Virus record (IMG/VR): IMGVR_UViG_3300021478_000004
Location: 1-60,503 of that record
Direction: 5' to 3' (one strand)
Length of the DNA: 60,503 bases
DNA from: a virus
Lineage: Duplodnaviria; Caudoviricetes
Positions 26,312 to 35,686 of the stretch are shown here, piece after piece; position 1 is the stretch's first letter, and each line of letters begins with the position of its first letter. The notes under the pieces are model-generated. The model did not search any database and had not been told where the DNA came from. It saw only the letters and a program-made list of their open reading frames with translations. The position numbers and the translations under genes were made by a program.

Positions 26312-26896
26312 CTATTTGACGTGAGTCCATAACTTTCTATTTACAATTAAACTGATAGTAGATTGATCAACGACAAATTTCTTCGCGAGTACAGATTGCC
26401 GGCATCTAGGCCACAGATTTCTTATCTCAATAACATCAGCATCGCACAATTTGGCATGAGGTTGCATTTCCCCGCGTCTAAGCGTCCCGTGAAGCGCCAT
26501 ATCGCGATGATTTTCTAATGGAGTCGCCCACCGCAAATGTTTTCTAGTTACACACCCGTCGCGGCCTCTCCCACATGAGTGGGCCGCTTCCATACGCTCT
26601 GATGGCGGCGCACCGTTGGCGTGCTCGCAAATAATTCTTGAAACGAATGCAATATTGCCAAATATACGCATCCTAGGACGCCTATCGTCATCGCCGTAAG
26701 GTCCGTATGGCCACATTAAGCATTCATCACCAAAATATTCCTTGGCCATTTCTAAGAATGTGTGTGGACTCCCTTTTGGAGTCCCGCCCGCTAACGGGTC
26801 GCCGTGGCGGCAAACTCTTTGATAATGCGCGCTGCAGAAGCCTCGAGTAATCTTTTTCTCGCTGCCACATCCATCAACGGAACAAACCCTGCTCAT
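26312..26896 (-). CDS. HNH homing endonuclease
   Basis: CSVDGC...CSAHY, C..WP, AHSCG...C....HLRWAT..EN..D...HG, C-terminal HTH. Confidence 0.85.
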   Translation of the reverse strand: MSRVCSVDGCGSEKKITRGFCSAHYQRVCRHGDPLAGGTPKGSPHTFLEMAKEYFGDECLMWPYGPYGDDDRRPRMRIFGNIAFVSRIICEHANGAPPSERMEAAHSCGRGRDGCVTRKHLRWATPLENHRDMALHGTLRRGEMQPHAKLCDADVIEIRNLWPRCRQSVLAKKFVVDQSTISLIVNRKLWTHVK

Positions 26897-26909
26897 TGCT
26901 TTCTCCCGC

Positions 26910-27512
26910 CTACCGCGACAGCGCGGCGATTGCGTCGTGAAAACCCTTGTCGGTCCTCATATGCTGATAGAGATCGACCGGCTTCTCCCACGCGACGAAC
27001 GTCGGGTTCGCGATCATCGAGAGTCCAACCCGCGAGACGGCTGCCGAAGGCCGATAACGCTTCTTTGGCGCGCCGCGCTGCGACGGCTCTTGCAGCGTCC
27101 GCTTCTGATGCGGAAGCGCCTTGCCATATCTTCGATCAGAGGCTGCGGCATGCTCGCTCTTCGCCTCCTCCGCGAATGCCCCCCGGCTCCGGTTCACGAT
27201 GCCGATCGGCGTATTCCTCGTCATCCCGCCGCCGAACCGGATAGCGATATCGGCGGCCGTCCAGCCGTCGGCCCACAGCCTCAACACGCGCGCCTCGCGA
27301 TCGAGGTTCTCCGGGCTCATGAATCTTCGAACCTCTCGCAGCGCCTTGTTGCGAAAGTGCTCGCGAATGGTCTCGTCGTCTGCGCCGTATTTGATGATTC
27401 CATTCGCCTTGCTTTCGGTGATCCCTTGTTCTCTCCCGATCTCTGAGGCGAACTTGCCCTTCGCCCACTCGGCGATGATGCGGGATTTCAACTCAGGAGG
27501 GTTAGCGCTCAT
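26910..27512 (-). CDS. GcrA-like cell-cycle regulator (two HTH units)
   Basis: LRLWADGWTAADIA.RFGGGMTRNTPIG.VNR matches the GcrA N-terminal HTH; an extra N-terminal W.KG..ASEIG repeat. Confidence 0.7.
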   Translation of the reverse strand: MSANPPELKSRIIAEWAKGKFASEIGREQGITESKANGIIKYGADDETIREHFRNKALREVRRFMSPENLDREARVLRLWADGWTAADIAIRFGGGMTRNTPIGIVNRSRGAFAEEAKSEHAAASDRRYGKALPHQKRTLQEPSQRGAPKKRYRPSAAVSRVGLSMIANPTFVAWEKPVDLYQHMRTDKGFHDAIAALSR

Positions 27513-27727
27513 GGGCGATCCTTTCGCGCTCGGCTTTCGATCCTCGGCGGCGCAATGCGGGGAACGATCGGCAACTCGACCCCGCCCATCACGAAAAGCG
27601 GGGGTACGAAATCAAATCCGCGCGTCTTGTGCATCTTCCAGCGGAAGGCCTGGCGGCACGCTTCGTCCGTGATTTCGTCGATCTGGATGGCGATGCGTAG
27701 CACTCGCCTAGTTTCCGGACTAATCAT
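27509..27727 (-). CDS. Hypothetical protein
   Basis: Coupled start/stop. Confidence 0.5.
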   Translation of the reverse strand: MISPETRRVLRIAIQIDEITDEACRQAFRWKMHKTRGFDFVPPLFVMGGVELPIVPRIAPPRIESRARKDRP

Positions 27728-28086
27728 CGTGAGACCCTTCCGAGTGCCCTGTTCGCCGCATCAATCGCAGCTTCCACCGCTGAAAAATCAACGTCGCGCT
27801 CAAGCAGGCGAGCCATAGCAAGCTCGGCTTCGGCTTTGACGACTTGTCGCTCGAGGAAGGCGACGAATGCGGCTCTGATTTTTGAACGAATGGCCTCGAC
27901 ATTTTTCAAACGTCCTCGTTTTAAATTCTGAAGAGTGAATGGCGAGAGACCAGCGCGGCGCGCGACAGTGCTCTCAGCTTCATGGCGTTTGACATGCGCC
28001 TCCATCATCTCTGATCGGACCAACCGATCTGCGATCAACGCAACAGTCATAGGCATGGCTCTATCAGCCTCTTTTTTTGGCTCCAT
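27724..28086 (-). CDS. Putative HTH regulator (CII-like position)
   Basis: VARRAGLSPFTLQNLKRGRLK; RBS AAAGGA. Confidence 0.6.
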   Translation of the reverse strand: MEPKKEADRAMPMTVALIADRLVRSEMMEAHVKRHEAESTVARRAGLSPFTLQNLKRGRLKNVEAIRSKIRAAFVAFLERQVVKAEAELAMARLLERDVDFSAVEAAIDAANRALGRVSR

Positions 28087-28441
28087 TGACTTTTCCTTTC
28101 GTGGTTCATGGGTTCACGGAAGGAAACAGAGATGGAGCAGGACACACAAAACACACGCTACAAACAAACCCGCACCAGCCCCGGCAAGGGCCGCGCAGGA
28201 ACCGATCAGGCGAAAGAAAGAGGCGCGACCGTCATCCAGACAGCCGCGTCAGTTGCCCCGCCTCGTCCGGGGGAGGGCTGGAGGGCGGGAACCTCAGAAG
28301 TGCCGTTCACGCGGCGCGAAAAATCAAAACGGACACTCGCCTCGCCGCATACGCAGCATGCGAAAAGCCGCGCCCCATCGTCATCGGCGATGTAGTCGGC
28401 CGAGACAGAAGCGGCACAATTGGTGCAAGCTATGAGTAAGG

Positions 28442-28753
28442 TCATGCGTCGACGACCTCGCGCTTCGGAAGGCGATCCAGAATGGATTGGAACACGGAAA
28501 TGTCGGCTTTGGGCTCGACGACAGGGCGGAAGCGCCACGAAAAGAAAGCGGTCTCGATACCGCTGCCATCCCAACACACTCGAGCCGTAACCTCTTTCAG
28601 GTAGATCGCGATTCCAGGCTCACCGATCGCTGGTCTGACCGACCTTATGGTGTAGACAGCGCCTAGATCAAGGCTTCCCTCTACGATCCAATAAGGGTTG
28701 ATGTCATCTGCATCCACGCAAACGACTTTCTGACCTATGTGCCAATCAGTCAT
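28442..28753 (-). CDS. Hypothetical protein
   Basis: GQKVVCV...G.VYTI...RFRP pattern; RBS GGGGG. Confidence 0.65.
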   Translation of the reverse strand: MTDWHIGQKVVCVDADDINPYWIVEGSLDLGAVYTIRSVRPAIGEPGIAIYLKEVTARVCWDGSGIETAFFSWRFRPVVEPKADISVFQSILDRLPKREVVDA

Positions 28754-28853
28754 CGCTCATCCCCCCGACGGATTCCGGCCCCAATCAAACACCCCAACGC
28801 CGTGGATAGCGATGCCCAAACGATTAGGTCTGCGAGAATGTGAAGGATGAGTG

Positions 28854-29072
28854 TCATTCTGCGGCGACCTTCCTCGCATGCGCGAACATGAGAATTTCGG
28901 CCGTCAGACCTATCTCTCGGCCTTTTTCGCTTGCGAGAATGGTAGGCCAGTATGCCGGGGGAATAGACCCGCGCCGCTTCATTTCCGAAGCCGTGGAGGG
29001 TCCTACGGACAGGATGCGCGCTACGTTCGCGCCCCCGCCCAGCTTCTCGACAATTTCAGCGACCGTGTTCAT
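28854..29072 (-). CDS. Cro-like repressor
   Basis: I...LGG...VAR.L.V..ST.SEMKRRGSIP..YW; divergent from CI. Confidence 0.8.
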   Translation of the reverse strand: MNTVAEIVEKLGGGANVARILSVGPSTASEMKRRGSIPPAYWPTILASEKGREIGLTAEILMFAHARKVAAE

Positions 29073-29085
29073 GCCTACACGGCCT

Positions 29086-29122
29086 ACACTACTCATGTTG
29101 GCTTTGTCAACATGATTTATGT
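29086..29122. promoter_or_regulatory. OR-like operators and cro promoter
   Basis: ACACTACTCATGT (29086-29098) and ACATGATTTATGT (29110-29122) flank TTGACA on the minus strand (29110-29105). Confidence 0.65.
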
Positions 29123-29148
29123 GCACCAGCCGAAATATCTTCCAGCCC

Positions 29149-29640
29149 ATGGATGAGACGATGGGAGAACGGCTGAAAAGCGCGCGGATCGCCTTGGGCA
29201 TTCCATCGGCGAGAAAGGCGGCAAAGCGATTCGGCTGGACGATATCCACCTATGCCGCTCACGAGAACGGCCAAAATAATTTCGATTCGGCAACCGCGGC
29301 TATTTACGCCAAGACGTACAATGTTTCTGCGGCGTGGCTGCTCACTGGCGAGGGGTATCGCTCCGCTAAGGCTCTTTCTCGGACCAATCCGACGCAGCCG
29401 GACGCGCCACATGCGGCACGGGCGCCAACGGGCATTTCGTTGACGGGCAGGCTTCGCAGCATAGAGCCAGACGAAACACCTGAGTTACAGAACGTGTGGG
29501 AACTGGTCGAGGCGACAGTTCGCAAGGTCTTTCCGTTCGCCGCAGATAGGCTTCCCACGGAGGATGAAGTTCTCGCTCTGGTAAGGTCAGTGATAGCAGA
29601 CTTCGAAGCCCGGAGAGTTCTGCCGCCTCGTGGTAAGTGA
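29149..29640 (+). CDS. CI-like XRE repressor without a recognisable S24 peptidase domain
   Basis: ERLK.AR...G..SA..AA..FGW..STY.AHENG...WLLTGEG. Confidence 0.8.
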   Translation: MDETMGERLKSARIALGIPSARKAAKRFGWTISTYAAHENGQNNFDSATAAIYAKTYNVSAAWLLTGEGYRSAKALSRTNPTQPDAPHAARAPTGISLTGRLRSIEPDETPELQNVWELVEATVRKVFPFAADRLPTEDEVLALVRSVIADFEARRVLPPRGK

Positions 29641-29880
29641 GCGGATAGCCGAATTCGTCCTTCAGCATAAGATCGCAAAGACGACATAGCAGCTGCGCGC
29701 GCGTCAAGTCTGCGCTACACATTGGCATTTCCCCACTGGATAATTTACTTATCTACATTTCACGCGATAGCCGTCATAAACCGTTAACATATAATATGAA
29801 TATATTGTGACCGTTTGGAAAGTCAAATCGGCGTGTGCGCGCCGCTCACGCGGACGCCGCGAAAATAAATTCGCCCGTCT

Positions 29881-29921
29881 ACATTTTCCATGTTGACATG
29901 ATTTGTGTTCGCGTGTACGCC
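29881..29921 (+). promoter_or_regulatory. OL/PL-like operator pair and promoter
   Basis: ACATTTTCCATGT (29881-29893) and ACATGATTTGTGT (29896-29908) overlap TTGACA (29893-29898); TACGCC 17 bp downstream. Confidence 0.65.
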
Positions 29922-29969
29922 TCTCCCCACGCCGAAGCACGGAGCGCGGCGAACCCGGGGAAAGATGCA

Positions 29970-30506
29970 GTGCTAACCGATCTCACTGTCGAACGCGTAA
30001 GGCAGGTTTTGGATTACGATCCTGAGACCGGCATCTTCACGTGGATTGTACGCCTGAGTAACCGGGCATGTGAGGGGCATGCTACCAAGGGCAGTCTGGA
30101 CGGAAAGGGCTATTACCGCCTGATGATTGATCGGCGGACGTATCAAGCCCATCGCATCGCGTGGCTCCATGCCTATGGAGTGTGGCCGACCATGGTGATC
30201 GATCACATCGATCGCGATCCTGCCAATAATCGTCTGAGCAACCTACGCGATGTCTCCTATGCCGTGAATAGCACTAACTGCTCGCCGTCGCACGGAGGTC
30301 ACGCGCGGGACACCGACGCACGTGGATGCACGTTCGTAGCGAGAACGCAGAGGTGGCAGGCGCAAATATCAATCAACGGAGTCAACAAATATCTAGGTTA
30401 TTTCAAAGAACTAGCCGACGCTAGGGCTGCGTATAAGCGGGCCAAACTTGAGCACGAGCAATCCACCGACGCCAAATTCGCCGCCCTCCGCGCCGCGCTG
30501 GCCTGA
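29970..30506 (+). CDS. HNH-AP2 homing endonuclease
   Basis: YDPETG.F.W, AHRIAW, IDHID....NN..SNLR, W.AQI......YLG.F...A..AY. Confidence 0.9.
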   Translation: MLTDLTVERVRQVLDYDPETGIFTWIVRLSNRACEGHATKGSLDGKGYYRLMIDRRTYQAHRIAWLHAYGVWPTMVIDHIDRDPANNRLSNLRDVSYAVNSTNCSPSHGGHARDTDARGCTFVARTQRWQAQISINGVNKYLGYFKELADARAAYKRAKLEHEQSTDAKFAALRAALA

Positions 30507-30547
30507 CACGAGGGGCGAAGGCCCCTCACTTTTTCCGGGAGCAATCC

Positions 30548-30769
30548 ATGACCAACGAAGCCATCGTCGAAGCCGCCGCGCGCCTCTGTATCAAACCGAC
30601 CCGCGCGCCCGTGGGGTCGCATGTCTGGGAGTGCTGGGCGGATAGGGTCCAGCAAGCCGACATGTATAGCCGGGCAGCAAGAGGTCGCGAAGTTGGTTCC
30701 GACTGGTGGAACGAAATGATTTTCGCGTGCTCGATTGCCGTCAGCGAAGCCAACTCCTCCGCCGTCTGA
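30548..30769 (+). CDS. Hypothetical protein
   Basis: GGGAG RBS. Confidence 0.55.
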   Translation: MTNEAIVEAAARLCIKPTRAPVGSHVWECWADRVQQADMYSRAARGREVGSDWWNEMIFACSIAVSEANSSAV

Positions 30770-30783
30770 TCGAGGATCACGCC

Positions 30784-31044
30784 ATGAACGCAATCATCAC
30801 ACAAACCCGCACCGCCTTCGACGACGAAATCAAAACCGCAATGTACGACGCCGTCTGCGACGGCGAGGGGCATTCGACCGCGTTCTATCTCAAGCGCCAT
30901 CTCGCCAAGCACGGCCTCGTCATCGTCGAGGCGCGTGAATATGACCGAATGCTGACGGCGCTGCAATTTATCGGGTCGTGCGCAGATACGCGATTCGCGG
31001 CGGTTGCCAGCGCAGCCCGCAACGCCCTCGCGAAAGGAGCATGA
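30784..31044 (+). CDS. Hypothetical protein
   Basis: GAGG RBS. Confidence 0.55.
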   Translation: MNAIITQTRTAFDDEIKTAMYDAVCDGEGHSTAFYLKRHLAKHGLVIVEAREYDRMLTALQFIGSCADTRFAAVASAARNALAKGA

Positions 31045-31047
31045 CCG

Positions 31048-31323
31048 ATGAAACACGAATTCGCCCGCAGTCCTATCAAGCCCAGCCTGGCGATTGAGCA
31101 GATAGACGCCGCCGTAGACCGTAGCTGGACCGAGATGGCGTCATGGATGCCCGACCAGCGCCGCGAGAACCTTCCTATGCTTCTCAATGCGATCGGCAGA
31201 CTTGAAACTCGCCTGATGGTGCTGCGGCAGGGCGTAAAGCGAGAGATCGCGGTCTGGAACGACCTCGTCAAGCCGTCGCGGGTCGGGGTTGTGCCTGACG
31301 AAGACGAGAATGAAGGGGATTGA
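31048..31323 (+). CDS. Hypothetical protein
   Basis: AAGGAG RBS. Confidence 0.6.
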   Translation: MKHEFARSPIKPSLAIEQIDAAVDRSWTEMASWMPDQRRENLPMLLNAIGRLETRLMVLRQGVKREIAVWNDLVKPSRVGVVPDEDENEGD

Positions 31324-31553
31324 ACGTGAAGATCGAGGAAGCGATAGAGCAGATCAAAGCTCGCCACTATGAGTGCTTCATTGAGGATCACGAGTCGATC
31401 CCTTGGACGCCAGGGCGATGCGCTGGGTATCTCGGCCGGTCGCTATATCTCATTCGATGCACACGGCGCGACGGCCACGGTATCGGCGGATTGTTTTGTC
31501 GTCAACACGCCGAGAAGGATTGGACAGCAACGCATTGGGAGACGATGGAATGA
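31320..31553 (+). CDS. Hypothetical Cys/His protein
   Basis: C...RC.R..G.G..GLFCRQHA. Confidence 0.55.
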   Translation: MNVKIEEAIEQIKARHYECFIEDHESIPWTPGRCAGYLGRSLYLIRCTRRDGHGIGGLFCRQHAEKDWTATHWETME

Positions 31554-31644
31554 CCGAAACCTCAATCCTAGCCCTCGCCGTGATCGTCAACGCCATCAGC
31601 GTCGCGATCGTGGCCATCAGTGTCGCGATTCAAGGCTGGCGTCT

Positions 31645-31869
31645 ATGAAAGTCACCAAATACCCCCACCGCGTCACAATCAGCCTTTCGCAATCCGAGTA
31701 TGCCGCGCTGCTCGCAGTCGTCGACAACGGGATGAAAGACTTTGGCGACGGTTCCGCTTTCGCGTCGGTGAAGGCGAATTCCGTCCGACGCGTTCTAGAT
31801 ATCTGGGCTCGCAGCTTGCCGTTCAGGGTCTACGTCGAGAAGCCCGGCCGTGGAGGGTCTGCCAAATGA
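31645..31869 (+). CDS. Hypothetical protein
   Basis: ATGA-coupled. Confidence 0.55.
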   Translation: MKVTKYPHRVTISLSQSEYAALLAVVDNGMKDFGDGSAFASVKANSVRRVLDIWARSLPFRVYVEKPGRGGSAK

Positions 31870-32066
31870 AATGGCTCGCTATCGTCTGCGCAACGCTGAT
31901 CCCGACCGCCGACATGGACCGCGACCCCCGCCCGGCGCCGACACGCTGGCCCGGAATGCGCGACGACCGCGTCCCGCTGCCGCACAACGGCGCTTGCCCG
32001 GGATCATTCGAGACGCCGTGGAACTACGATAGGAAACATGGCCAGATTTGCGTCAGGAGGGCGTGA
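31866..32066 (+). CDS. Small protein with hydrophobic N-terminus
   Basis: MKWLAIVCATLIPTA; GGAGG RBS. Confidence 0.5.
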   Translation: MKWLAIVCATLIPTADMDRDPRPAPTRWPGMRDDRVPLPHNGACPGSFETPWNYDRKHGQICVRRA

Positions 32067-33085
32067 TGATCGAGGATAATTTTCAGCAACTAGGCGACAT
32101 CGCCGCCGGCATCGTCGCTGGCCTCAAGCCGACTCGCGCCGATGTGCCCAGCGAGTGGTTTTGGTGGGAACGGGCGTTGGAGTCGGGAAAGCCGGCCGAG
32201 ACTGAGGTCGGCAATCCGCGCTCTGGATTTTGGCGCGTCAGAGACCGCAATGCCGATCGCAGCCTGCGGTGGGACGCTGTGGCTATCTGGCGCGAGGATG
32301 GCGAGGTCTACTGCTCGCGAACCGGCCCGCGCCCCGCGCCCGAAGGAATCGACGCGATTGACGAATTGTTCGCCTATTGTGCCGCCAACCCGATTAGCCA
32401 CGAACTTTATATAGCGATCGAGAACGGCGAGGCGTGGCCGGAGGATGTCGCGCCGGCTACGGAGGCCCCCGTCGCCCTCTTGCCTCACGAGGAGGTCGCT
32501 GACGCGCTCGCCAAGCAACAGTTAGCGGCCAAAGCGTGGTTCACAGTGCTTGGCCATAAGCCGGCCTCGCAGGGGGAGGCTGACAAGGCCGCCAACTTCG
32601 GGACCGAATTCGACAAGATCAGGAAAAAGGCCGTTGCGCTGCATACGATCGAGAAGGAGCCATTTCTGGCCGGAGGTCGCGAAGTCGATTCACGATATTT
32701 CCCGACGCGCGACGCGGCGATAATCGCAGCCAAATGGGCAAAGGGTCTGTCCGACGATTACGTGAAGGCCGAGAATGCGAGGCGCGCTGAAGAGGCTAGG
32801 ATCGCCAATGAGGCCGCCCGTAAGAGGGCTGACGGTGCACTACCGGAGCCAAAGACGATCGTAGCCGAGCCCGTGCGCGTCGGAACAGCCGGGCGCCGGC
32901 AATCGCTGCGAACGATAGAAACGTGGGAGTTGGAATCTATCGGGCAATTGCTGCTGTTTCTATCGGAGCGAAACCACTTCAGCCAAGACTTGGTCGACGC
33001 CGCGACCAGAGAGGGACGCTCGCTCGCGAAATCCGGGGCTGACGTTCCGGGGATGAAAAAGGTCATAACGGAGGAAGTGAGATGA
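32066..33085 (+). CDS. Hypothetical protein upstream of the recombinase
   Basis: AGGAGG RBS; EKEPFL..GR.VD..Y and VPG motifs typical of genes beside SSAPs. Confidence 0.7.
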   Translation: MIEDNFQQLGDIAAGIVAGLKPTRADVPSEWFWWERALESGKPAETEVGNPRSGFWRVRDRNADRSLRWDAVAIWREDGEVYCSRTGPRPAPEGIDAIDELFAYCAANPISHELYIAIENGEAWPEDVAPATEAPVALLPHEEVADALAKQQLAAKAWFTVLGHKPASQGEADKAANFGTEFDKIRKKAVALHTIEKEPFLAGGREVDSRYFPTRDAAIIAAKWAKGLSDDYVKAENARRAEEARIANEAARKRADGALPEPKTIVAEPVRVGTAGRRQSLRTIETWELESIGQLLLFLSERNHFSQDLVDAATREGRSLAKSGADVPGMKKVITEEVR

Positions 33086-34071
33086 ACGAGATTGCCACCA
33101 TAGAACCCCGCGCCAAATCGGTAACCGCCGCGATGGCCGATAAGTTCGGAATGGACCCGGGGCCATTTGAACAGACATTGCGCGCCACCGTATTTCCCAG
33201 CGTCGGCACGCGCGAGCAATTCGCAGCGTTTCTCCTGGTAGCAAAGGAATACGACCTCAATCCGCTGACGAAGGAGATTTACGCCTTCCCCGGGAAGGGC
33301 GGCGGGATTGTTCCCGTTGTCAGTATCGACGGCTGGGTGACGATGATCAATCGCCATCCCAAATTCGACGGGATGGATTTTCAAGACAACCTCGATAGCG
33401 AGGATCAACTCCTTTCGATCGAATGCTCGATCTGGCGCTCAGATCGCTCGCGGCCCATCGTCGTTACGGAATATCTGTCGGAATGCTACCGGGCGACAGA
33501 CGCATGGAAAATGAAACACCGCATGCTGCGGCACAAGGCGCTGATCCAATGCGCCCGATACGCCTTCGGGTTCTCCGGTATCTATGATCCGGACGAGGGC
33601 GAGCGAATCGTGGAAGCCCAGGGCGGAAATGGACTGCCACGCTTGACGATGCCTTCCCGCCGGACCCCTCCGGCCCCGCCCAAGAGGCGCGCCGAAACTG
33701 TCGATCCCGAGACGGGCGAAATCATCGAACACGAGCAAGACAGCCCCGCCCCCGGCGCGGCCACGGAACCCGCGGGCGGCGTACCCCCAGGCCCGGCGGA
33801 GGCGTCCCCGCAAGGGCCGCTGGAAGGCGCTGCGGTCTCTCCCAGCAGCGGGGCTGCGGTGCCTTCCGATCCGGAGGCCGCCCTGGAAGCCGGTCGCAAG
33901 GCCGAAATCCTTGCGACCGGCAACGCGCGGACGCAGGGCGGGACAAAGGCTGTGACTGCGTATCTCCTGGAATTGCAGAAGGACGGCGAAATCGACCTAA
34001 TTTCCAACATTCAGCGGTCCGCGTGGCATGACGCGGCTAAGGCGGCGGATGTGGAGCGGGGGAGGAAGTGA
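33082..34071 (+). CDS. bet: Bet/RecT-family single-strand annealing protein
   Basis: LNPLTKEIYAFP.K.GGIVPVVSIDGW, EY..EC, RMLRHKALIQCARYAFGFSGIYDPDE. Confidence 0.92.
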   Translation: MNEIATIEPRAKSVTAAMADKFGMDPGPFEQTLRATVFPSVGTREQFAAFLLVAKEYDLNPLTKEIYAFPGKGGGIVPVVSIDGWVTMINRHPKFDGMDFQDNLDSEDQLLSIECSIWRSDRSRPIVVTEYLSECYRATDAWKMKHRMLRHKALIQCARYAFGFSGIYDPDEGERIVEAQGGNGLPRLTMPSRRTPPAPPKRRAETVDPETGEIIEHEQDSPAPGAATEPAGGVPPGPAEASPQGPLEGAAVSPSSGAAVPSDPEAALEAGRKAEILATGNARTQGGTKAVTAYLLELQKDGEIDLISNIQRSAWHDAAKAADVERGRK

Positions 34072-34517
34072 TGGGAGAAAAGGACACAATGAAAATGGAA
34101 AAGCCGATTCTATGCGTCGATTTCGATGGCGTAATCCACAGCTACACGAGCGGATGGAAAGGCGAAACCGTCATTCCCGACCCGCCCGTGAGGGGCGCTA
34201 TCAAATGGCTATGGAAAGCCACCGAATGGTTCGACGTCCAAATCTATTCGTCGCGATCGAAAAGCCCGAATGCGATTATTGAAATGAAGCGGTGGCTGAT
34301 CCAGCACTCGGTAGACCAACTAGGACTTGATCATCCGATGGCCGGGGCCGGAGGCTCTGTCGACGGCTTTAATATCCCCTACCCGATCAAATTCGCATCC
34401 GAAAAACCTGCTGCATTCCTAACGATTGACGACCGCGCCATCTGCTTCGAAGGCGAGTGGGATGATCTGGAGCCCGCAGACCTATTGAACTTCAAGCCCT
34501 GGAATAAGCGCTCATGA
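34068..34517 (+). CDS. HAD-superfamily phosphatase
   Basis: VDFDGVIHSY, SSR, KP.A...IDDRA. Confidence 0.85.
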   Translation: MMGEKDTMKMEKPILCVDFDGVIHSYTSGWKGETVIPDPPVRGAIKWLWKATEWFDVQIYSSRSKSPNAIIEMKRWLIQHSVDQLGLDHPMAGAGGSVDGFNIPYPIKFASEKPAAFLTIDDRAICFEGEWDDLEPADLLNFKPWNKRS

Positions 34518-34798
34518 AAATCACTTGGCACGACTCCGCCCGAGAGCCGCAATGCGCCCCGAATCCCGCCTACCCAGACGGGGTCGACCTCGATGCCTCC
34601 GATGGGGCGAAAACATCCTGCAAAGCCGTGCTGCCCTACCCCGCTAAGCGCTGTGGGTATTTCCTCGTGATTTGCGAGGCATGCGGCGTATCGGCCGCTA
34701 TCACGACGGCCGGACGGCGAGATGATCCGCGATCGGTGAAGCTGCCATGTAAGTTGGCGGATGCGGAGCGGGGACGTGCCGCGGGAGGGCGGGGATGA
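34514..34798 (+). CDS. Hypothetical Cys-rich protein
   Basis: P.C.PNP.YP.G.D.D...C...LPYPA..CG...C..CG. Confidence 0.65.
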   Translation: MKITWHDSAREPQCAPNPAYPDGVDLDASDGAKTSCKAVLPYPAKRCGYFLVICEACGVSAAITTAGRRDDPRSVKLPCKLADAERGRAAGGRG

Positions 34799-35199
34799 GC
34801 GACATGCGCCGTTTGTTATTCACGACGAAACTGTTGTTCGCCAATTCCGAGGCGTGCGTGGCCAATCATCACGGCTTCAAACTCGGCGATCAATATCCCG
34901 GATGGTTGGCCGACTGCCGCAAGAATATCGAGATCGCCGAGGCGTCCCTCCAGCTTCCCGATCCGGCGCCAGACCCACACGAGGCCACGATCGCCCGCCT
35001 ATCCGCCGAGCTGGACGCAGCGCGCGTCGAGACTGAGCGGATGTTGGAGACGTGGAACAAGGCGAATCACGAAGCAAACGCTTCTATGGCCGCGTACGAA
35101 GCCGAGTTAGCACTGACCCGCGAGGCGCTGGACCTTTTCACCGCGCTCGACCCTGACGGAGCCCGCGCCGTGCTGGCCAAGATCGCTAAGTGGACATGA
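34795..35199 (+). CDS. Hypothetical protein
   Basis: ATGA-coupled; coiled coil. Confidence 0.6.
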   Translation: MSDMRRLLFTTKLLFANSEACVANHHGFKLGDQYPGWLADCRKNIEIAEASLQLPDPAPDPHEATIARLSAELDAARVETERMLETWNKANHEANASMAAYEAELALTREALDLFTALDPDGARAVLAKIAKWT

Positions 35200-35203
35200 G
35201 CAG

Positions 35204-35470
35204 ATGCGGTTGATCGATCCGTGGCCGGAGATACTCCTCGTCCTCGTTTCTTTCTGGATGAGCGGAATGCTCTGGATGGCGTCGCCAGACGCGCCAGGCC
35301 CCGAAATGAAGTGGTGTGATCAGCGCGGCTGGTCTGGAATGCTCGACGGAAAGTGCATGGGGGTCACGATGGACCCGATTCCGCTGCCGTCCGCAGGAAC
35401 TTGCCCCGGAGCGTATGTGCTCTGGACTTACGATCCTAACAAGCCGGCAATTTGCGTGAGGAAAGCGTGA
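35204..35470 (+). CDS. Small membrane-anchored Cys-containing protein
   Basis: N-terminal hydrophobic helix; 4 Cys. Confidence 0.55.
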   Translation: MRLIDPWPEILLVLVSFWMSGMLWMASPDAPGPEMKWCDQRGWSGMLDGKCMGVTMDPIPLPSAGTCPGAYVLWTYDPNKPAICVRKA

Positions 35471-35673
35471 TGCCCAGGCGAACCGAGCTAGTCGCTCCGA
35501 TGCGCTACGAACGCCGCGCCTTGCGCCCCAAAGATGCCGCAACGGCATATGGAATCTCCCGCTCTCTGCTATACGAGTGGATTAAAGCCGGCCGCCTTGC
35601 GAGCGTTCGCATCGGCGGCGCTCGTTTGATCTCGGTCGATGCCCTGGAGGCTCTCATCTCGGGGTCCAAATGA
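35470..35673 (+). CDS. xis: Excisionase (HTH_17/MerR-like)
   Basis: AA...GISRS.LYE.I..GRL.SV.IGG.RLI...L; abuts attP. Confidence 0.8.
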   Translation: MPRRTELVAPMRYERRALRPKDAATAYGISRSLLYEWIKAGRLASVRIGGARLISVDALEALISGSK

Positions 35674-35686
35674 ACCCGCGCGCAAG

